NCBI GenBank assembly: GCA_046563655.1
Contig: CM102286.1
Coordinates: 14,570,001-14,634,000 of the forward strand
Reading direction: 5' to 3'
DNA length: 64,000 bases
From: Yuukianura sp. NJ FZ-2021
Lineage: Eukaryota
Each line of letters starts with the position of its first letter. The first letter of the stretch is position 1. The notes beneath the pieces are model-generated. The model did not search any database. It was not told the origin of the DNA and was given only the letters and a program-made list of their open reading frames with translations. Below are positions 38,685 to 51,342 of this stretch, piece after piece. The position numbers and the translations under genes were made by a program.

Positions 38685-39541
38685 TGACAGACACACTCAA
38701 GTATGTGACAGTTTGACCTTTTTTGGAGGATAATAAGGATGCCACTTTTGTTCAAAAAACTGTTTTTGGATGACTTTTGTTCAGAAAATGTCTTTTTAAA
38801 AAGAAACCTTTCTTGCATTGTTCAAAACTTCCACACTCGACTCTTTTTTTAAACTGTTACCCTAAGTAAAAGTTTTACAACGTCATGGTGGGTCATTATC
38901 GTCATCATCATCCAGTATTCAAGTGAATGATGGCAGTAGTAAACTAATTATGTCCAGAGAGGCTTTTTTTCAAAGTTATCAGTATTATTGTTATTGACTT
39001 TTTGGTTTGAAATGTTTTTGAAGTTGGCGCTCTAATTTCAAACTTGCGACCACTACTTTTACTAAATAACTTGGTAAGTAGGAGCCCAAACATTTTAAAT
39101 TTTAGGAATGAGCGCGAAATGCATAGTTAGTACAAAAATGGGTTGCATAACTTTACAAGTGGGAAATTTCACTGCGTATGGCAAATTTACCTGCACATGG
39201 CAAATTTTGCGACTGGCAGATTTACCTGCACATGGCAAATTTTGCGACTGGCAGATTTATATGCGTAGGCGCAAGTGAAGGGCACTGGAAATTGATTGCA
39301 TTCCGACGCACAAAGCTGGAAAATTTTCCCGCTTTTAACTTTTAACATTAAAATTAAAAATTAATGTTAATGTAAATGTTAACACAGTACATGATCTGTA
39401 TAATAACATTATGATCTGTACATGTTTTGCGTAAATTTATACATAATGTATTATGTATAAATTTGCTACAACGCTAATTTTTTTAATAACAACATCTTCG
39501 TGGCAAATTTGCAACAACCTGGCAAATTCTAGTATAGTTCA

Positions 39542-42500
39542 CTACACATACCATTCCTTTACACCGCTTCCCCCCGTTTTGTTAAATCTGCCACCCCCTT
39601 GCCCCCCACTCCCACTCCTCACCCCCGCACCCCCGTAGTCTATAACACTACTCTCCATTTTGAACATACTATCATCCTTCTTTCTAACCATGAAAAATAT
39701 GATCAGCATACAAACGATAATGATAAGAATGAGCGCAATGATGATGATAATGACCAGAGTGGACTCACTAGCCTCTGCAGTGAAGCTGTTCTTGGGGTCA
39801 ATGCCCTTGGGGATTGACCTCTGCGTGGGACTAGTGTGATCCTGCCAGTCGAAGATCCTATTGGTGGGTTGGGGGGTCCAGGAGGGGGTAGTGGGTGGTT
39901 TGAAGGGGGTCTTCTGGGGGGTCACGACGGGGGGAATGATAACGGCGGGGGTGAGCTTGGGGGTCGGCTCGGTGTAATGGTCCGTCCAATCATATGACTT
40001 GGTGATGACTGGTGGTTGACCTTTGGTTGTAGTTGAGGGGTCAAAGGGGGTGGGTTCTTGGCCCCCGGGGGTATAGCGGGGGTACCCCCCAGTGGTTTCG
40101 TTGGGGTAAGGGGATACCCCTGGGGTAACTCCGGGTGTATAGGAGGGAGTGTTGGATGTGATGATATTGTCGCTGGTCGTGGTGAACCAAGTGTTGACGG
40201 GGGGTCCGTCGCCGGAGGAACTGACGACGCAGTCCTCGTCGTCGCAGGGCACACTGGGCTTGAATGTGGAGTAGTTTGGAATGTAGACGGGAGTGATGAG
40301 TTCGTCACCGCCGCCGGCAGGGGGCACACAGTCGTCTTCGTCAATTGGACATGTCACAAGGCCAGACGATATCAAGTCATCTGACGACTTTTCAATTGGC
40401 TGATGAGAGGAGGCGGGAGCCTAAGCGGGAAATACAAAAAAAAAAGTTTCATATACTAAAGAAATCTTACATCCGTTTGTCCGTCTGTTATTGTTTTTGA
40501 AAAATTTTTATAAGCGGGAAAAAACAAAAAATTAAAAAACATAATTTTTATATACTAAAAAAATTTTGTGTGTCCGTCCGTTCTTGTTTTTGGGTTTTAC
40601 TGTAACGGCGATTCGCATTAATGCGAAAAATAATTTGAAAATTATGAAAAAAAAAAAATTATATAGTAAAAAAAAATCTATTTTGTTTGTCCGTAGTCAT
40701 TGTCTTTGGAGTAGTACTGTAATATCGGATTGACACAAAATAATTTGCAAATTATGAAAACAAAAAATTTTTTTCGAATTTTTTTTGATAAGGTGGTTGA
40801 CCCTTAAGCTCCTCCCCTTGCTTACCTTCATCATGAGATCATTGTAGTTATAACTAAAAGGATTTCCAATTAATTGGATCTGCGAATTAGAGTGCTCGTA
40901 CAGTTGCAGAAGATTTACTTTATTGATTATTATCCCAGACATTGAACCCTGGTCAAAACAATACAATCTTTTGTTAAAATCCAGTTTTTTTTTTGCAATT
41001 TTGAAATTTTGAAAAAAGTAGTTTTTTGAGGTACTTACAACAAAGGGTTCAAAAATGCGAGCCTTTTTCTTTGGACCATTACTAAATTTACCTCCAATGA
41101 GAATCTGGTTTAAGTCACGGAATATGGAAGGTGTTGTGCCTATACAAAAAAGATCAGTCAATTAACATTCTAGTTACGCCCCAGCCATCAATCATGTTTT
41201 TTCAAAATCAAGTTTTTCAAAATTCAAGTTTTTTGAATTTTTACCTCCCGGATTTTTCCAAATTTCCAATCCGTTGTCAATTTTTATTGTCCAGTTGCCT
41301 CCGTTTCTTAAAATGTTAACTAGGTGCCAATCTGAAGTTAATTTCGTTGGATGCGTTAGAGTTGTTTTGACAGAGTCAATTGATGAGCGGATACTGAGCA
41401 AACCAGATGACTAGAAAAAAAGGCGGGAAATTTAAATTTTTCAAATTTAAAAAAAAAAATCAAAAAATTCGTCTCGCGCGTTCCACTTTGGTTCTAATTT
41501 GGCTCGCTTGATTCTGATTGGCTCTTGGCGTTCAGGTTTGATTCTAATTGGTTCCCGCTCATTTAGTTTTGAATTTTTTGAATCTCCCGCTCTTTTTGCT
41601 TACCATTTCGACTAGAATGAAGTCATTGTTGTCGAGAGACATGAACTGAATGAGAGCTCCGTTGCTCTTGGAAGATTTCAATTTGAAACTAATTTTGTCT
41701 TCCTTGGACGAGCGTGGAGCGGGCACGGTGTAGACGAGGACCGTGGAATTAAAAAAGTACTCCACATCTGATTCGTTACAAAACTTCCCTTTCATACTCG
41801 TCAGTTCACAGTTGCATTCATTATTGGCACAAGTCCCAGTACATGTGGAGTCTGTACATGTCGGTTCTAAGGCAAACAAAGTTCAAAAAGTTAATTGGAG
41901 TAACTCAATCCCACACTTGGTTCCGCTAGATTTTGAATTAAAAGCGGGTTTTTTAAATTTTTGGAGTAAAATTTCTTTGGCGGGAGTTTTTTTTTTAAAA
42001 CTGACCGTGACATCCTCTCAGAATCCCGTTGCTGCCTAAATTTTCTTGCATCAAGTCGACAATGTCGCCTAGTTGCGTGTTGGCCAAGCACCCATTGAAT
42101 CCGGACGTTCGTTGCATAGACGGCAGCAGCAGGTCGTTCGGCAACCCACCTGAAATGCCCGGCAAATTTTAGGTTTCAGATTTTCAAATTCTCGTACTAA
42201 AACAGCCACAAACAGAAACTAAAAATTCAAAAATGTCAAATCCAGAACCAAAACTACAAAAACTGGAGGGGAAAAGAAATAAAAATCAACCAAAATATTC
42301 TTTTCAATTTTTTTTTCAAGTTCGTACTGAAACGCTCAAAGTTCAAAAGCCCAAAATTAAAAACTTCAAAATTCAAAAGCTCGAAATTGAACAGCTCAAA
42401 ATTCAAAAATCTGGAAACCGCCGAAAAAAAATTGTCAAAATTTTTTAGAAAATTTGTCCCGCCAAATTTTTCGTACCTATGTAGAGGACGCCCTTGAGCT

Positions 42501-45500
42501 TGATGACCCCGCCTGGAGAAACTCTCTTGTTGACCTCATTGTCAACAACTAAAAGGTCAACGCCCTTTAGCTTTTTAACGATCAAGCGATGCCATTTGCC
42601 GTCACTAACATAGACGCTGCTCGTAATCCGAACATCTCCGACGGAACTTTTGTAGCTGTACTCCACATAGCCATTGACCAACTCCAGTAAAATGTGGTCA
42701 TAACCGCCATTATAAAGAATGAGAGCATTGTGGTCATTGGTGATGAGCTTAAATCCAAGGTCAATGGCACTGTACACGTTCAGTTGGGGCAACTTGACAT
42801 AGCTGGTCAAGGTCACGGGGTCAATGACCTCGGAGTCCCCGGGGGGACTTGTGTAGTTAAAAAGATTCAGGTTTGTTAGCAAGTTGAAGTTGTTCAGAAT
42901 GAGCTGAGAAATGTGGCCAATGAAGGGCTGAAACGGCGGCGAGATTTGAAGAGAGTTGTATGATGATGTTATGTTTTTAATTGACAGTTCACCTAATTTG
43001 AAATTCAAATTTCATAAAATTTCATTTTTTTATTTTTTTTTGGAAAAATGTTGATGCTTGCCATTGATGCTTGGTTCGTTGTCAACTTGGAGGCGGATGG
43101 AGTTGCCCAGTCTTGTGTACTTGACTAGATGCCACTGATTGTCATTTAGATTTGAACCTGTGCTTAAAATCTTTTCCCGCCCATTAACATTCACGACGAC
43201 TTTGAGCCGCGTAAAATCCAAACTGAGAAGAAAAGAGTCCTGGGAAACAGAAGATTTGAGCAGCAGAATATTTCCTGTTACACGAAATCACACAAAAAGT
43301 ACAAGGAATTAATTAATAATCTTCATTATTAATCAAAACAGTTCAAAAGTTAAAGAAAAAAGAACAAAAACTGGTTTTTGTGGTTTACTTTTCAAGAGTT
43401 ATCAAAGATAAAGATTGGATCGTGGGAGAGGAAGATTTTGAAAAAGATGTTTGAATTTTAATTTTGAAAAAGGCGCCATTTACCGTGTATTTTATAACTC
43501 CTGAACCTCAGTTTGACTTCCTCGGCCTGAAAAGTGCCGGACCATGCTAGAGTGACTGTGTTGAAGCCATTGAATGACAAAACGTTGTTGGGCAATTGGC
43601 AGTTGATGCCGGTGAAGTTGGTGTGACTGCAGTCACAAATGTAGCGATTCCAGCCGTCAATGCACTTTCCGTTCACACACGGGTTTGACACGCAGAAACC
43701 GCTTGAGCCAGGAGGGCAGTGGGGTCGAAGTGTCGCTAAAACAATGAAAGAACAACATTTTTTTCAAACTCAAAAATCTAGTGAAAAAAATTGTCCGGGG
43801 AAAAATTTTCTGGGAAAGTTGTCCAGGGAGAGAAAAAATTCCATTGGAGAAAATTGTCCGGAGAAAAATTTCCAGGGAAGGTTGCAAATTTATCAAGGGA
43901 GCGAGAAATCCATGAAAAAAAAATTGTCTGAGGAAAAATTTCTTGGGAAAGTTTTCCAGCGAGAAGGAAATCCGTTGAAATATTGCAGAAAAGTTTCCTA
44001 GGAAAGTTTGTCCAGGTTTGTTAGGAAGAAATCCATTAAAACAATTGTCCGGGGAAAACCTTCCTAAGAAAGTTGTACAGGGAGGAAAAATTCCATAGCA
44101 GAAAACTGGTCGGGGAAAATTTTTTAGTGAAGTTGTACAGGGAGAAACGGATTGAAAAAAGGTCGTCCAGGGAAAATTTTCCGCGGACAAAGTTTCTATC
44201 GCACTTTCTAACCTTCATCTTGCTGGACAATGATGGAGTTTAGATTGATCCTTTCATTGTTGATGCTGAGATCTCCGAAGCATCCGATGTAGGAGTAGCC
44301 CATGTTGCTGGCCCAAGATCGGTCGTTGACCCCGCTAATCACGAGGTCACTCCCAAGTGACACGTCGCTGTTGAAGTCAATCGTCACATTGTCTAGCTTG
44401 ATGAACCCAGCTCTCTTGTCCTTGAAGACATGGATTGTATGCCACTTGGAATCAACTACTGTGTCTTCGCTAACCTAAAAATCAACAATTATGTTAAGTT
44501 TAGTTTAGAATTAGGCTAGAGGTCAACTGAGGTCACTGACCTGCGTAAATAAACCACCGAGCAGGAGATAGAGATTGCCCGAGACGAGTTCGATGATGAA
44601 CGTGGTTGATTGGATGAGGATTCCGTTTGGTTCGTTTGTTCTAAAACTGAACTGGATTGACGTTGGAGTAGAGAGCTGCGTGGCCAAGGTCACGTAGGAA
44701 GTGGGGTGGGTCAGAGTGATGATAGAAGAGGTCATCATCTGGTTATGGTAACTTGGACTCACGTGACCTCGCTTGTTCTAAAATTTCGAAAAAGTAAAAA
44801 AAAAATTTTGAATTCGATCACGTTTTCAATTTGGCAAAAAAAAATCAGGTAATTTTTTTTCAGGATCTCAATGACCTGGACAGCAGTTTTTGTAAGGTCA
44901 TTGACCTGAAAAATGTTTTTGAAAGGTCGTTGGCCTGGAAAACATTTTTTCTAAGGTCAAATTGAGGTCATTGACCTCCATTTTGTTGAGAATTACCTCA
45001 GGTGGAGTTTCGATGCAATCAAATGAAACGTCCCCATGAATTCTTATGAGTTGATTTCCATTTCTTGCCAATTCAATGAGGTTCAAAACCAAAGTGTCTG
45101 CTTTGTACGTCACCTAAAAAGAAGTCCAAACAGAGTGACAATAAGTAGACACAGAGTCCATTTGCTATCTGATTCTGGAGTAAATTGGGCACTTTCTCCT
45201 CTCCACTTTCCCTCCTGCCCCAAATTGTGCTTTTTCCAGTACAAAACAGGATGGAGTGAGACTAAATTAGTCCCGAGGGACTAAATTAGGCCTGGGAGAC
45301 AGTAATTTACCTTGCGCAAGCAGCCATTAAATCCATGATGGTACAACTCCTTCGTATTGTTCGTCCAGCCGCCGAGAGTGATGTAATTGGATGATAGGAG
45401 ACTAAATTGACCACTCAGAGTCCAGCGGTCGTAGTGCACTGAATCCAGGATGGTCGTGACCTGAAAACAGGTCAAAGGTCAAATTTTTACAAAAGGTCAC

Positions 45501-48073
45501 GGGGTGACGGCGAAGGGTCTCACTTTGCCCCGAAATTTTAAACTTACGTGACACAAACTGGTCGTTTTGGTCATCTTTGTTAGCAAAAGAGAAAAGAAGA
45601 GAGAAAATTTTTTAAAGAAACTTTTTAGAGAAATATTTAGCGGAAAAGTTAGAGTTGTGCGAATGCAGTTAGTTTTTGATGGTTAGAGTTATGCACATTG
45701 ACTTTTTAAAGATATGCGCATGAGCAGTACTTACTTCTTGCGTTTTTCGTTTGATGATGACGGAATGCCATTGGTTATCATTGAATTTGAGGTTGTTGGG
45801 TCCAATGAGTGTTTCGAGTGGTCCATTGCCCAAGTTGATTGAGATTGTGAGGTGACCAGCGACTAAGTAAATTGAAATGTAGTCGACGTTGTCGCCAGCG
45901 TAGAAAATGAGGCCATTCCCGAGCCTTGTTTTGAACAAAAGTTCAACTTCGTCTTGGGCAGAAATCAGGCCTTGGTTCAACTTTAAGTAAATGTAGGACT
46001 TGGAGTTGAAGTGGGCTGAGGCTGGCGGTTTCTCTAAAAAGTTTTCAAAAAAGTTTAAAGTTTTCTTTTTGAAATTTTGAAAAGTTTTAAAATTTTGAAC
46101 TATGGAAATGTCACCTCGCTCGCAGACGACTCCCTCGTAGTCAATGAGGCTGCAGTCACAGAGTGGACCGTTGTCAGTGGAGATGCAGTAGCCACCGTGG
46201 AGACACGGATCGTAGCGGTCACAGGAACTGTGCGGTGGGTTGCTAAGAAGGCCCTGAAATTTTGAAAAATTTCGAAATTTAAAACACCCGCATTTTTTAA
46301 AACAAATAAAATGTTAAACTCGTTTCTCTTAAAAAATGGTAGCGTTTTAACTCTGACAGAAACTGGAGTGAAATGTTTCCTGCACTTTCTTCGGAAAAAT
46401 AAAATTTTGGCTTTTCGAATGAAAAAATGTGAATTTTTTTTTTGAAAAATCAAATTTCAAAGTCAACCGCCCCGTGCAGTATTGATAACAGTAATTAAAA
46501 TATTGGCTTTCCCATGCGGAGTAATTGATCTGTTGAAAGAGACATTTTGTTCCAAAAATTTTGAAAAGGCTGAACATGAGCATATTTGTTCCACGAAAAT
46601 AAAATTTTGAAAACACGACAGGAATTTGGCAAGTAACTGAAAAGACGAATCAATTTCTTGGCATCGTTCCTTCACTTTTCAGGTTTTACGTTTTAAAAAT
46701 GAGCTCTTAAATTTTGTTTGAAAAGACAAGAAACAGCAAGTTGAACAGAAAGAGAAAATGTAGTTTTTTGAAAACTCAAAATTTGGCACCAAAACAACAG
46801 GAGATGAAAGCGACTTTTTATTCAAAGTGGAAACTCATGTCGTGGGACACTTAATCTTTTTTAAGCCTTTTCCACTTTTTCGGGTTTTTAAAAAACCGAA
46901 AATGTATTATTGACACACAAGGGTCCAAATTATTAAGGCTTTTACTGAAGCCACCGTTGGGAGGAAAAAACAAACAATTTTTGTTTTTAAAAATATTTTT
47001 TTATCAAAACAGGACATAAATCATTGCCAATTTTCATCTGCTCACGAAAATACCGTAATTCCTTGCATATACCACACTGCAAGAAATGCTTTTCAAAATA
47101 TTTCAACATTACAAAACATTCTGTGATACGGGGAAATTTTCTGAAATGAGAATGAACGCCTATGTTATTTTAGAGACTTTACGGTACTATTAAAAATATT
47201 TTTTTAAATATTATTAAATGTTTTTTTTATAAAATATTATTTAAAAAACACGATTGTGTACAACAGTCAGAAATGAAATCGAAAATATTTTGGTAGAGTA
47301 AGCGCCCATGGAATTTGCCAGAATTTACGGTACTTTTTATTTAAAAAAAATACGCACCACTATTTAAAGCATACGACAGTAACGAAAAATGAAATCAATT
47401 TTTTTTAAGAATAGCCGCCCGTGCTATATTCGAGACTTTACGGTACTTTTTATAAAAATAGCCCAATGATGTAGAACAGTACCTTCCACTCAATGACAGT
47501 GACACTTCTGCCTCCATATCCAATGTTTCTGATCCCTCCAGCATATTTCGGTTCGAAGACGACACTCGGTAGAGCCAGTTCGTCCAGTCGACTGTTCCAG
47601 ATATTCGGTAGTCCTCCGACATACACTTTCTCAAAGTACAGGTCACTCAGGTCACTGTCACTCCTGCTCACTCCCACGAATCCATCCACAATCAGTTTAG
47701 TGTTGTAAGTGGTTTTGTTAATTTGGACTCTGTGCCACAGTGCGTTGTTAAGGTGTGAGCCCACTGTGAGAACTTTCGTCCCAGAACCAATGTTGTACCT
47801 CAATCTGAGTGTGGAATCCACCAACTTCAGTTCGTAAAAGTAATTGTCAGCATCAGTGTACAAAATTAGTCCACTCGGAGATGTCGTAGAGAATTCCAGA
47901 GTGAGGGGACTGTTGCTAGGCGACCACGGGGGGTAGAGAGCATAGGAGTCCGGTGACCCAGACAACAACAACGAACAGTCTACTGAAGTCAGCAACCCTA
48001 GTATAGCCAAGGTCAGCACTCCAAGCACTGCTGACCTTTGACCTTTGACCTCTGACCTCCCGTTGACCTCCAT
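39542..48073 (-). CDS. Nrx-1: Alpha-neurexin (LNS/laminin G and EGF repeats, TM, PDZ-binding motif)
   Basis: Signal peptide then LNS1 with LALPSVVFEP, EGF repeats (PCLHGG.CISTDNGP.CDC; PCVNGKCIDGWNRYICDCS), further LNS exons, a Cys-loop CPIDEDDC, a Pro/Thr stalk, one TM segment and the C-terminus KEWYV*. Confidence 0.92.
43785..44190. repeat. Degenerate ~30-bp tandem repeat filling a neurexin intron
   Basis: Repeated aaaattgtccggggaaaaattt / aaagttgtacagggag units. Confidence 0.65.
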
Positions 48074-50280
48074 TTTGACCTTGGCGGAAGTTGTAAAGTG
48101 TCGGATTTTACATGATGATTTAGTTTGGGGAGTGGTCGAAGCACCTCCGAAAGGTTCTAGAGCGACCTTGTCCAGGTCAGGGGTCAATGACCTTCACATG
48201 ACCTTGGGATGAGATATTCTAAGGCGGGAAAATTGAAAATTTGAAAAAGTTGGTGTTTTTTGGAGTAATTGGACCACTTAGAATTAAACTGTGAGTGTAC
48301 TAAAGACGGACACGACAAAAGGAGGGTCTCTCCCTGTTGTCGGGCGCGCAGGAATGAGCTTTCTCTGAATCCACTCCACGAAAAAAAAAGTTTGGAGAAA
48401 GTGGGGCTGGAACCGACGACTGTCGAACTACAACTGCTCGTCTTGCGCCAACACGCTTACTTTTTCTTACCTTAACGACTAACATAGTAGTATGCTTGAC
48501 AATGCTAAAAAGCTCCGAAGAAAAAGGAACTTTGTTCTTATTGGGATTGACATAAGGCCAAGATCAATAACACGTACGGTGTAGCCCGAACCGAACAACG
48601 CCGGGAACACCGAAACTGTTTTGAACAAAGTTTAAAAAAAAATCGGGCTGAGAAACTTTCCTGAGAAACTTTTAGGTGTAGGTTAGGTTTACGTTAGCAC
48701 ATGGAGAAAGTTGAAGTTTAGACAAGCTGACACAAGGCTAAGGCCGAGGACGACTCAGCATAAACACGCTGTTCCATTCGTCATTCGATCCTCATTTGAA
48801 CACGTTTGAACATGCCAAAAAAATCTCAAAACGCTGCTGTTACACGTTGGCAAAAACTTTGGCAAACCGTCCCGACCGATTTTTTTTCGTACTAAACGCA
48901 TTGCCATACATACCTAACACTTACATTATGAATTCGTCTGAATTAGTGTTATAAATTTATAAGAATTATAGAATTTATATTTTTTATAGTTTTTTGTTTG
49001 GAATAGAACTCATAACCGCGAAAAAAAAGGCGTGTAACGTTTTTGCGGTTTGCAAGTCGAAAATTACTCAACTCTTCACCAGGATTTGAGTTGTCCTGTG
49101 CCGGAAGTTGTGTTTTTAGAACAGCGTTTTTAGAACAAAGTTTTTTTAGAACAAAAAATGGCCCAGTTTGTGACATGTGGGACAGCTTCCGTTGTCACCC
49201 AACAATTCATTTTGTCATTAACTCAAAGTGACGGGTGCTAATGGCAAATTCTTTTTGTCACTCTGCACTCGGCGCTGAAACAGATTTAGAAAGTGCAAAA
49301 TCCATAACTTTTAGTCTTCTCCTGCCAGAAGGTGTCAACGACGTGGGCAGGGCGCGAAAATTCAAATTCTCAAGGGCTCCAAAAAATTTGAATTTTTTCT
49401 TTTGAAAATTTGAAACAGTTTTATGACCCCTGGTGACCCTTTGAAATTTTCCCTCCTGCTGGGTGGCAAAAAGTGGCCCTGTTCCTTGGACACCTTTGAG
49501 CAAATAAAGTCATAAACTTTGGACACTTTTAACTTCTGAGCAAATGAGGAGAATAATAGAAAATGAGCGGGGAGATTTAAAATTTTACAGCTTTTTCGTT
49601 TGAAGTTTGGAGGTTGTGAGTGGAGGGAACTTTTGAAATTGGCTGTCAATCACCGTACTTTTCTTTTTGCACAAACTAAGCCTAGCCTTTGACCTTTCTT
49701 TGGTCTACCTTCACCACCTCCCTAGGTGACCAAAGTTTCACCTTAGGCCAATACGTTGTAAATCAATCAAGTAATTGTAAAAGTGTTCAAGTGAATAGGA
49801 AATTGGGTTTTCTGGAAGCGGTGACAGTGGGGCATGTCACCCAACTTTTTCAAAAACAATTTAAAACTGCACTAGGGTGGGACTGGGTGGCACCATAAAC
49901 CCTCAACACACCAATTCCAACAAATTGCTACAAATTGACGTTGATAAATGATAGATTCCTAGCGATTAGTTAACATTAATCGATACAAAACCGGATTTTT
50001 AAAAAAATCGAAAGCACGCAATGAATTTTTGGAACAATAAGAATTTTTAAAACAATAACAAAAGTTTTTAGAAGCTAAATGGGGCGAGGTGAGACAACAA
50101 ATTTTCAGCCCGCGAAGTTCATATTCATCAAAATGTAAACATTGATTTTTCAAATCCTTTTTTCTTTGATTGCAATTTTTCAAGGTTTCTTTTAGAATTA
50201 AATCGGTTTTTACATAATTTTTATGCCATCACGGTAGTGCAGTTAATTAGTTAATCACTGTTAATTGTTAATTAGTTAAG

Positions 50281-51123
50281 ATGCGTGTCAATTGTTTCGC
50301 AAGGGCGCTAAAGATGACCAATTTGGGTTCAGAAGTGAGTATTTCGACTCGGAGCTTCAGTAGTAATCGGATTCCACTTTGGCTGGAATTAAAGATACCG
50401 ACAGTACGGACGATACACTGGCAGTATCCGTACCGAACACTGACAACCTCCGCAGTACTGTTGAACAGTACCGGTACTCAGCCAGAAAAAGTTGATACTG
50501 GCAGTACTCCTCCAGAACTGGAAGACTGGAAAACTATCTATCGTTTCAACCATATTCTACTTGCCAGGTTTATTCAGAGGGTCAAAGTGTATCAAACTGC
50601 ACTTACTTGTGGAATCCTCCTGCCAGCCACCATAGCTTCTACCTATCTTATGGAAACGACTGACGAAACGGCAATGTACTTTGTCTTTGGAGTCTCAACT
50701 TTAGCATGTAAGTGACAGTGACAGTAGTTTCTTAAAAATACTGCCAGATTTAACTCTAACTTTCAATTGACCCTAGGTGTAATGCTTGGAGTAATGGGTA
50801 CAATGGCCTCACGGGTGATTGGCATCATGTATGTCAACCGGAAAGATCCAAGTCAACTGAGAATAGCAAGACTGTCTTTCTTCGGATCCAGAATTGACGA
50901 ATACTTGCCAACCGACAGCTTCTTACCAATTACACACAGTCGGCAGAACATTGGAGATGCTTATGTTGTTCTGGAGACAGTGGATTCTGATAAACCAGAA
51001 GCCTATCCCCTTCTGGAAGGGATCCTTCCGGAAAATAAGTACTACCTTAGCTTAAAATACGGAACAATACTGGACTGGGATGCTTTCACAGAAGTATTCG
51101 GGGATGAAATTATCAAGAAGTAG
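50281..51123 (+). CDS. TMEM186: Transmembrane protein 186 (mitochondrial complex I assembly), 2 exons
   Basis: Presequence-like N-terminus, WKTIYRF....ARFIQRVKVYQT, two TM segments, IGIMY....LRIARLSFFGSR, LKYGTILD...F..VFG. Intron at about 50708-50776. Confidence 0.8.
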
Positions 51124-51130
51124 AAATATT

Positions 51131-51144
51131 GTTGCCATGGGACC
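51131..51144. promoter_or_regulatory. Candidate RFX X-box upstream of the AK-like gene
   Basis: GTTGCCATGGGACC has one mismatch to consensus. A second half-site GTTGCCAAGG lies at 51152. Confidence 0.4.
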
Positions 51145-51342
51145 AAGTACTGTTGCCAAGGAGTCCAGCATATGTTATACTTGTTACAAAACTTGTACTT
51201 TTCAGTTTTCAGTCAAATTGATTGTTTGATTTCAGGTTTTCGGAATTTTGTAGTTTTCACGTTCAGAATAACATGACCCACTTTTGTTATTCTTATTCAC
51301 AGATTTAACTTGATTTTTTGTCAAAATTGATAAGATTTTTTG

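Noticed and set aside
40471..40484. Possible 14-nt neurexin microexon (CAG|...|GTAAG on the minus strand)
   Set aside because: It would shift the frame between two phase-0 exons, and it lies within a repeated Helitron-like unit.
43657..44230. Phe-rich and Lys-rich ORFs on both strands
   Set aside because: These are translations of an intronic tandem repeat in neurexin.
48385..48485. Second tRNA-like sequence (minus strand GGTTCCAGCCCC plus oligo-T) upstream of neurexin
   Set aside because: The B-box is imperfect and no convincing cloverleaf forms. At most it is a decayed SINE.
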